Positions 36,098-41,684 of a stretch of DNA of 41,684 nucleotides are shown here, in pieces (the stretch's first letter is position 1; each line of letters begins with the position of its first letter). The notes beneath the pieces are model-generated. The model saw nothing but the letters and a program-made list of their open reading frames with translations, had not been told where the DNA came from and made no database searches. This stretch comes from Candidatus Micrarchaeota archaeon (GTDB lineage: Archaea; Micrarchaeota; Micrarchaeia; Anstonellales; Bilamarchaeaceae). The translations under genes and the position numbers were made by a program. The DNA lies in contig JAFGQX010000061.1 of assembly GCA_016935455.1 (NCBI GenBank), positions 1 through 41,684 of the forward strand, written 5' to 3'.

Positions 36098-37854
36098 AAT
36101 GCGCTTTTAATTATTATTCTCTCAATCTGCTCCAAAATCTCCTGAGAATCAGAATCAAGGAGCTCCATTTTGCTTTTCCACAGTTTAATCTGCTCTTTGT
36201 TCATATAAGTAAGCATCAATTCCCCCTCTTCAATATTTTTTCCTACATGCATTTCCTGGCAGGATAATGCAACCTGCATTCCTTTCTCCGCTTCCTGTTT
36301 GGTTTCTTTTTCATGCTGGATGGATTTTATTTCCCCGATTATCTTTCCGTTTTTATCCATTACTGTTGTTCCCACTTTAATTTTCCCTCCCAGTACTTCA
36401 ACCCCGATTATTGCAGGTCTGCATGCCCTGAAACAGCACCCCTTAAGGAATTTTATCCTTGCAGGATGGGGGAGATTTTCAAGAACTTCCTTTTTCTCTT
36501 TTTCTTTTTCGTCTTTGACCCATTCCTCATAATTTTCAATTACCTTATATATAATATCAGAGGAGATTAATTTTGTTTTTGCAGATTCGCTTTCTTCCCT
36601 TGCTTCGTCAAGGACAGCGACGTTAAATCCGAGAACCACTCCCAAATATTTGTCCTTTTTTGCTACTGAATGTGCCGAAAGAATATCTTTTTTGTTGATT
36701 TTGCCTACACTCGCTTCTTTGATGGGCACCTTTTTCTCTTTAAGCAGTTCAATAAGCGCTTCTATAGACCCCAGCGAGTCAGCCTTTACAATGACCCCGT
36801 TCTTTTCAGTTTCAAATATTATTTTCTTGAAATGTTTTTCTATTTCTTTCCTGTCCTTCTCTTCATCTTCAATAACAACCACTGGTGAACCGGGAAGCGC
36901 ACTTTCCAGATTCGGGGCCAGTATTTTAATCCCCGAGGCCGCGTGAACCTCATCAACATTCATATATTTTTCATTCGGATTGTTTGAAGATGTATTTGGA
37001 AGCAGAAGCCCCCTTATTTTTGTTTTTTTTGCGCCGTTGTTTGTGAGAAAGAGTATCTCATCTCCCCTTTTCATCACCCCGTCATACAGGATTATATCCA
37101 CCGTATGTCCCATTCCTTTTTCTTCCTTCACCTCAATTATGCTTGCCTTCCCTGGTCCGGAAACCTCAATCTGCAGATTCTTTTCAAGAAATTTCTGTGA
37201 CATCCCTGCGATAAGAACCAGGAGTTCTCCTATCCCTTCCTTTGTTTTTGCAGAAACAGGAACAATTGAAACCTGCTTTGTAAAATCAGTCAGCCTGTCA
37301 AATCTTTCCGAATCAAAACCATATTCTGATATTTTCCCCATTATCCCATATATTTTTTCATCAATCCTCTGTTTTACAATCTCAGACTGCTTTGAAAATG
37401 TTTCGAGAAAAGATGTTGTTTTCTGCACATTCCATCCGTGGATTATGTCTATTTTATTTGCGGCTATAATAAACGGTGTTTTGTACTGCTTGAGGATTTT
37501 GATGCTTTCAATTGTCTGGGGCTGGAATCCCTGATTGATGTCAACAATAAGAATTGCCATATCTGCAATGCTCCCCCCTCTTTCCCTGAGGTTTGTAAAT
37601 GCCTCATGTCCGGGGGTGTCAATAAAGAGAAGCCCCGGAATTTTAAGAGTTATATTCATTCTTTTTGCAAACTCTCCCGACAGCCCTTCTATTATTCCTT
37701 TTGGGATATAACTCGCTCCGATCATCTGGGTTATTCCCCCCGCTTCTCTTTTCACAACAGCAGTTCCCCTTACTGAATCTAACAGCTGTGTTTTGCCGTG
37801 GTCTACGTGACCTAAAACTGCAATAATTGGGGACCTTACTGCCATTTTAATCAT
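36094..37854 (-). CDS. infB: Translation initiation factor aIF5B (IF-2)
   Basis: RSPIIAVLGHVDHGKTQLLD, DTPGHEAF, ANKID. 586 aa. Confidence 0.95.
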   Translation of the reverse strand: MIKMAVRSPIIAVLGHVDHGKTQLLDSVRGTAVVKREAGGITQMIGASYIPKGIIEGLSGEFAKRMNITLKIPGLLFIDTPGHEAFTNLRERGGSIADMAILIVDINQGFQPQTIESIKILKQYKTPFIIAANKIDIIHGWNVQKTTSFLETFSKQSEIVKQRIDEKIYGIMGKISEYGFDSERFDRLTDFTKQVSIVPVSAKTKEGIGELLVLIAGMSQKFLEKNLQIEVSGPGKASIIEVKEEKGMGHTVDIILYDGVMKRGDEILFLTNNGAKKTKIRGLLLPNTSSNNPNEKYMNVDEVHAASGIKILAPNLESALPGSPVVVIEDEEKDRKEIEKHFKKIIFETEKNGVIVKADSLGSIEALIELLKEKKVPIKEASVGKINKKDILSAHSVAKKDKYLGVVLGFNVAVLDEAREESESAKTKLISSDIIYKVIENYEEWVKDEKEKEKKEVLENLPHPARIKFLKGCCFRACRPAIIGVEVLGGKIKVGTTVMDKNGKIIGEIKSIQHEKETKQEAEKGMQVALSCQEMHVGKNIEEGELMLTYMNKEQIKLWKSKMELLDSDSQEILEQIERIIIKSAF

Positions 37855-38016
37855 CTTTGAATATTAAGTTTCTGCACCTAACTGTTTTTAGATGTTTTTT
37901 TATGCCTTTTAATTATATGCAAAAGTTTAGGAAACACTTTATAAAAGTAAGTTCCGACTGCACCCTCTCGGTAAAATAAGGTAATTTTTAAATTACTTTT
38001 CATTCATATCCCTGTA

Positions 38017-39078
38017 ATGCTTCCCAAAGAAAAAATAAAAGAGATACTTGATTCTTACGATAAATCTAAAGTTACAATTGCAACTATCTGCTCTCATTCT
38101 TCCCTCCAGATATTCCACGGTGCAAAGCAGGAAGGATTCAAAACGATAGGAATAGTGAAAGAAGAATATAAAAAATTTTATGAATCATTCCCGAATGCAT
38201 GTCCTGATGAATTCATAGTTGTAAAAGATTACAGTGATTTTCCAACTGAAGAATTAATAGAAAGAAATTCAGTAATTGTTCCCCACGGCTCTTTTGTAGA
38301 ATATATAAACAAAAAACTTGACGACCTTGAAATTCCGATATTCGGAAACCGCGGCTCTTTAAGATACGAAAGAAACAGGCACAGAATGTTTAAATGGATG
38401 GAGAGCTCCAAGCTTAGAATCCCGAAAATCCTCAAACCTGAAGAGATAGACCGCCCGGTAGTTGTAAAATTCCCCGGAGCAAAAGGCGGCAGAGGATACC
38501 TTGTAGTGAACAGTTATGATGAGTTTATGGAAAAAGTAGGCCCTGATGTTGACTGCCTAATACAGGAATTCATAATCGGAGTAAGGGCATACATCCACTA
38601 CTTTTTTTCTCCATTTAATACTGGCATAGGATACCAAACCAAAAACGGAACCATTGAGATGCTCAGCATAGATAGAAGGAGGGAATCCAATGCAGATGAA
38701 ATTTACAGAACCCTTTCAATCGGTGCCAAAGGCCCCAAAACAAGAATGAGTTTTACAGTAATAGGAAACGACCCGATTGTTTTGAGAGAGTCTCTTCTTC
38801 CTAGGTTTATGGATATGGGTGCAGAAATCTCGGATACCTCATTTGATTTATTCGGAGGTCTGTACGGTCCTTTCTGCATTGAAACGGTTATAGCCGACGA
38901 CCTGGATATTTTTGCATTTGAAATCTCTGCAAGGATAGTTGCAGGAACAAATCTTTATCCTTCGGGTTCTCCTTATTCAGTATACTATTACGATGCCCCG
39001 ATGAGCACGGGAAGAAGAATTGCAAAAGAAATCAGGACCGGCATACGGCTTAAAGGTTTAGACAAAATAATTTATTGA
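38017..39078 (+). CDS. purP: 5-formaminoimidazole-4-carboxamide ribonucleotide (FAICAR) synthetase
   Basis: VTIATICSHSSLQIFHGAKQEGFKT, VPHGSF, FGNRGSLRYE, VKFPGAKGGRGY, GPFCIE, EISARIVAGTN. Close to my recollection of the methanogen PurP sequence. Confidence 0.9.
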   Translation: MLPKEKIKEILDSYDKSKVTIATICSHSSLQIFHGAKQEGFKTIGIVKEEYKKFYESFPNACPDEFIVVKDYSDFPTEELIERNSVIVPHGSFVEYINKKLDDLEIPIFGNRGSLRYERNRHRMFKWMESSKLRIPKILKPEEIDRPVVVKFPGAKGGRGYLVVNSYDEFMEKVGPDVDCLIQEFIIGVRAYIHYFFSPFNTGIGYQTKNGTIEMLSIDRRRESNADEIYRTLSIGAKGPKTRMSFTVIGNDPIVLRESLLPRFMDMGAEISDTSFDLFGGLYGPFCIETVIADDLDIFAFEISARIVAGTNLYPSGSPYSVYYYDAPMSTGRRIAKEIRTGIRLKGLDKIIY

Positions 39079-39111
39079 GCCTTTTTAAACTTATTTTTTC
39101 ATATAAACACT

Positions 39112-40212
39112 ATGAAGAAAAGATTAGTTTTACTTCTCTTCTTAATTTCATTTAGTATCTGTTTTGCACAGGATGCAATTAGTATTCAGTTTTATTACGG
39201 TGTGGGCTGCCCCCACTGTGCGAGAACACTCTCCCTCTTTGAGGACCTTGGAAATGATTACACCCTAAATATAACTGAGAAGGAAGTCAACTATGACATC
39301 TCAAATCGGCAGGATTTGTTTGATTTGTATGATTCTTTTGATTATGATGTAAATAAAGGCGGCGTTCCATCCATTCTGGTTGGAGAAAACACCCTTATAA
39401 TAGGAGAGCTTTCCGAAGAACAGTGGAGAAATGTATTTGACAAGTGCCTTAACAATACCTGTCCGGGCGGTGTTTTTAACTACAAAACGATAGATGAAAT
39501 AAGCCCGATAGAGGAGAAGGACCCGGCCTCCCAGCTTACCCTTATTGTTCTGATAGGTGCAGCACTGGCAGATTCAGTTAACCCATGTACAATCGCAGTT
39601 ATGGTGATGCTGATAACCGTCGCTCTTCTTGCTGACGGAAGAATGAGAGCATTTATTTCAGGAATGCTTTTTACACTTACAATATTCGGCGCATATCTTT
39701 TGATGGGATTCGGCCTTCTTCATGCAATAGAATCAGCTTCTGCCACAAATTTATTTTATATAATCGTAACTGCAATGGCGCTAATTCTTTCCCTTATGGA
39801 ATTTAATGCATATTTCAGATACAAGCCCGGCTTTTTTTCCGTGGAAATGCCGGTATTTCTCAGACCCTATGTAAAAAAGATTATTTCAGGCGCGACATCC
39901 TACCCGGGCATAGTTATTGCAGCCTTATTCTGCTCATTGTTTTTACTTCCCTGCTCCTCAGGCCCCTATCTTATGGTTTTGGGAATGCTTGCAAAAGCAG
40001 TAACTGCGCAGACTTTTGGTTACCTTGTTTTATACAATCTTGTATTCATACTCCCGATGGTTGCGATAAACCTTATAGTTTATTTCGGGAAAGCAACAGT
40101 TGAGGAGATAGGAGACTGGAGAAACGAGCATATAAAAGAGATACATCTGTTTTCAGGAGTTCTATTCTTTATACTGTTCCTTTTAATGCTTACTCAGATT
40201 GGAGTGTTATAG
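39112..40212 (+). CDS. Thioredoxin-like (CPHC) ectodomain fused to a CcdA/DsbD-type thiol-disulfide transmembrane domain
   Basis: Signal peptide, then YYGVGCPHCAR. The membrane part has ADSVNPCTIAVM and LLPCSSGPY, the paired-Cys pattern of CcdA/DsbD cores. Confidence 0.8.
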   Translation: MKKRLVLLLFLISFSICFAQDAISIQFYYGVGCPHCARTLSLFEDLGNDYTLNITEKEVNYDISNRQDLFDLYDSFDYDVNKGGVPSILVGENTLIIGELSEEQWRNVFDKCLNNTCPGGVFNYKTIDEISPIEEKDPASQLTLIVLIGAALADSVNPCTIAVMVMLITVALLADGRMRAFISGMLFTLTIFGAYLLMGFGLLHAIESASATNLFYIIVTAMALILSLMEFNAYFRYKPGFFSVEMPVFLRPYVKKIISGATSYPGIVIAALFCSLFLLPCSSGPYLMVLGMLAKAVTAQTFGYLVLYNLVFILPMVAINLIVYFGKATVEEIGDWRNEHIKEIHLFSGVLFFILFLLMLTQIGVL

Positions 40213-40220
40213 GTGTTTTT

Positions 40221-40610
40221 ATGCTGGGCCTTAAGAATATACTCGGGATAAAAAAATCCGAGATCAAACAAGCAATAATTGTAAGGAATGACCTTAAAAT
40301 GGGGAAGGGAAAAATAGCCGCACAGGCATCCCATGCTTCCCTTGCATCATTCCTAAAAACCCAAAATTCAAATCCGGAAATAACTGAAAAATGGCTTGAG
40401 GAAGGAATGAAAAAAATTGTTTTAAAAGTTGATTCTGAAAAAGACCTTTTGATATACTTCCAACACTGCAAAGATTCAGGAATCCCCTGCGAATTAATAA
40501 GGGATGCGGGTTTGACCCAAATCAAAGGAGGCTCTATAACCTGCTTTGGTGCAGGTCCTTATTATGAGGATGATTTAAACAAGATTTTAGGACGTTTAAA
40601 ATTACTGTAA
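40221..40610 (+). CDS. pth2: Peptidyl-tRNA hydrolase, archaeal/eukaryal Pth2 type
   Basis: KQAIIVRNDLKMGKGKIAAQASHAS ... KIVLKV ... IRDAGLTQI ... TCFGAGP. Confidence 0.9.
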   Translation: MLGLKNILGIKKSEIKQAIIVRNDLKMGKGKIAAQASHASLASFLKTQNSNPEITEKWLEEGMKKIVLKVDSEKDLLIYFQHCKDSGIPCELIRDAGLTQIKGGSITCFGAGPYYEDDLNKILGRLKLL

Positions 40611-41444
40611 GCCTCTAATCTCTGCAGCCTTAAACGTATTTTTAAGAAGCATTGCAATTGTCATCGGTCCGACTCCACCCGGGTTGGGTGTGCAGTGCGC
40701 CCCTTTGAGTTTTACACTCTCAAAATTAACATCCCCAACAATTTTTCCCTCAATCCTGCTTGTTCCAGCATCTATAATATAGGAACCTTTTTTTACCATT
40801 GAGCCGTTTATCATCTCTGGTTTTCCAACCGCAACCACCACTATATCTGCATCCTTTATTTGTTTTTTAAGATTCTTTGTTCTGCTGTGGCATATTGTGA
40901 CTGTTGCATTTTTATTTAGAAGAAGTGCAGCAACAGGTTTTCCTACGATAGTGCTTCTCCCTATCACAACCGCTTTTTTACCTTCTATGGGAACGCTGTA
41001 ATAATTTAGGAGTTCAATTATTCCGTAAGGGGTTGCGGGTATGAATGTTTTTTCATCAATTATATCAAGAAAAACTTTTCCTATATTGATTGGATGAAAG
41101 CCGTCCACATCCTTCTTGGGGTCTATCGCTTCAATTACCTTATTTTGGTTAATGTGCCTGGGAAGCGGAAGCTGGACTATAAATCCGTCTATTGTGTTAT
41201 CTTTGTTTAATTTTTCCACAAGTTTGAGAAGCTCAGGTTCCGGTGTATTTTCGGGCATTATATGAACTCTTGTTTCTACCCCGTATTTTTCTGCAGTCTT
41301 CTTTTTTTTATTAACATAGATATGTGATGCCGGGTCGTCTCCCACTAAAACCACTGCGAGGACAGGCTTGATATTAAGCTTTTTTGCAGTATTCCTGCAT
41401 TTCTCAAGTATCTTCTCAGCCGGTTCCTTTCCCGAAAGTATCAT
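40602..41444 (-). CDS. folD: Bifunctional methylenetetrahydrofolate dehydrogenase/methenyl-THF cyclohydrolase
   Basis: LAVVLVGDDPASHIYVNKKKK, VQLPLP, GFHPINIG, VIGRSTIVGKPVA and PGGVGPMTIAMLL. Confidence 0.9.
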   Translation of the reverse strand: MILSGKEPAEKILEKCRNTAKKLNIKPVLAVVLVGDDPASHIYVNKKKKTAEKYGVETRVHIMPENTPEPELLKLVEKLNKDNTIDGFIVQLPLPRHINQNKVIEAIDPKKDVDGFHPINIGKVFLDIIDEKTFIPATPYGIIELLNYYSVPIEGKKAVVIGRSTIVGKPVAALLLNKNATVTICHSRTKNLKKQIKDADIVVVAVGKPEMINGSMVKKGSYIIDAGTSRIEGKIVGDVNFESVKLKGAHCTPNPGGVGPMTIAMLLKNTFKAAEIRGLQ

Positions 41445-41466
41445 AATTTATCTTAAGTTGGAAGAC

Positions 41467-41484
41467 TTTTAAACATTATATATC
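41467..41484 (+). promoter_or_regulatory. TATA-like box upstream of tRNA-Ala
   Basis: TTTTAAACATTATATAT lies roughly 20-35 nt upstream of the tRNA 5' end (41502), in the spacer shared with divergent folD. Confidence 0.35.
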
Positions 41485-41501
41485 CAAATAGAATAATTTA
41501 C

Positions 41502-41605
41502 GGGCTCGTGGTCTAACGGTATGACGCCACCCTCGCACGGTGGAAACTCTGGGTTCTCTTTTTCAGTATAACTCTGTCAAAGGCCCAAAAATCCCGGCGA
41601 GTCCA
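41502..41605 (+). tRNA. tRNA-Ala (anticodon CGC) with a ~32-nt intron inside the T-loop (about position 56/57)
   Basis: Acceptor GGGCTCG/CGAGTCC with G3:U70 and discriminator A. D-arm GTCT-AACGGTA-TGAC. Perfect anticodon stem CCACC/GGTGG with loop CTCGCAC. T-stem CTGGG/CCCGG encloses 39 nt, read as TTC + 32-nt insert + AAAT (giving TTCAAAT). Confidence 0.7.
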
Positions 41606-41684
41606 TTCTTAATGGACGAAAAGTGAACACAGTTCACACCGAGTCCATTCTTAATGGACGAAAAGTGAACACAGTTCACACCGA
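41599..41684. repeat. 42-nt perfect tandem repeat (2 full copies plus the start of a third) running into the window end
   Basis: GAGTCCATTCTTAATGGACGAAAAGTGAACACAGTTCACACC at 41599-41640 and 41641-41682, then GA. The first 7 nt of copy 1 are the last 7 nt of tRNA-Ala. Each unit has two hairpins (GTCCATT-CTT-AATGGAC and GTGAAC-ACA-GTTCAC). Confidence 0.85.

Noticed and set aside
36980-37534. 184-aa plus-strand ORF inside infB; the same reasoning applies to 13928-14461, 29373-31175 and 25968-26398
   Set aside because: These lie antisense to long, highly conserved genes (aIF5B, the swivel-domain protein, the P-type ATPase, OFOR alpha). None has a motif, a start context or space for a promoter.
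41599-41684. CRISPR array interpretation of the terminal repeats
   Set aside because: The copies are directly adjacent with no spacers (period 42 nt equals the unit length), and no cas genes are in the window.
41599-41684. Protein-coding interpretation of the 42-nt repeat
   Set aside because: One frame on each strand is open (ESILNGRKVNTVHT and GVNCVHFSSIKNGL). However, the repeat starts inside the tRNA, there is no start codon or upstream ORF, and the perfect hairpins argue for an RNA/DNA-level element. The question stays open because the window ends here.
1-41684. Mobile element, prophage or defence island
   Set aside because: I recognised no integrase, transposase, terminal inverted repeats, restriction-modification, toxin-antitoxin or cas genes. 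The only tRNA-adjacent repeat is a tandem one with no visible cargo.

Overview
This is an AT-rich, very gene-dense archaeal chromosomal segment with about 47 protein genes and two intron-containing tRNAs. I see no rRNA, CRISPR array, integrase or transposase. The archaeal assignment rests on several markers: aIF5B, Pus10, archaeal-type DtdA and Pth2, two PurP paralogs, an archaeal HMG-CoA synthase, and a FlaI/PilB-type ATPase with a FlaJ/TadC-type platform protein. TATA-like boxes 20-30 nt upstream of many ATGs (leaderless style) and the tRNA introns support it. Eight of ten convergent gene pairs overlap at their 3' ends. That compactness, plus many small envelope proteins, fits a small-genome (DPANN-like) archaeon, but the window cannot prove this. 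Most content is housekeeping:
- purine and folate one-carbon metabolism (purN, two purP, folD, 5-formyl-THF cyclo-ligase)
- 2-oxoacid:ferredoxin oxidoreductase plus ADP-forming acetyl-CoA synthetase
- isoprenoid and polyprenyl-carrier genes (HMG-CoA synthase, UppS, PAP2 phosphatase, dolichol-kinase-like)
- a minimal type IV filament motor
- translation and tRNA maintenance genes
- a Ca-type P-type ATPase

I found no clearly novel system. The candidates most worth a second look are:
1. a membrane-tethered winged-helix regulator divergent from a three-gene envelope module, with twin palindromes in the shared promoter (21931-24401)
2. a tRNA-Ala whose only consistent fold needs a 32-nt intron in the T-loop, followed by a 42-nt tandem repeat seeded by the tRNA 3' end (41502-41684)
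3. a hairpin that copies the tRNA-Trp acceptor stem just upstream of that tRNA (18797-18836)
4. a degenerate carbamoyltransferase-fold gene linked to a divergent PurP paralog and a GNAT (16118-18692)
5. an orphan PEP-utilizer swivel-domain protein (13251-14474)

All functional calls come from motif recognition by eye. No database search was run.
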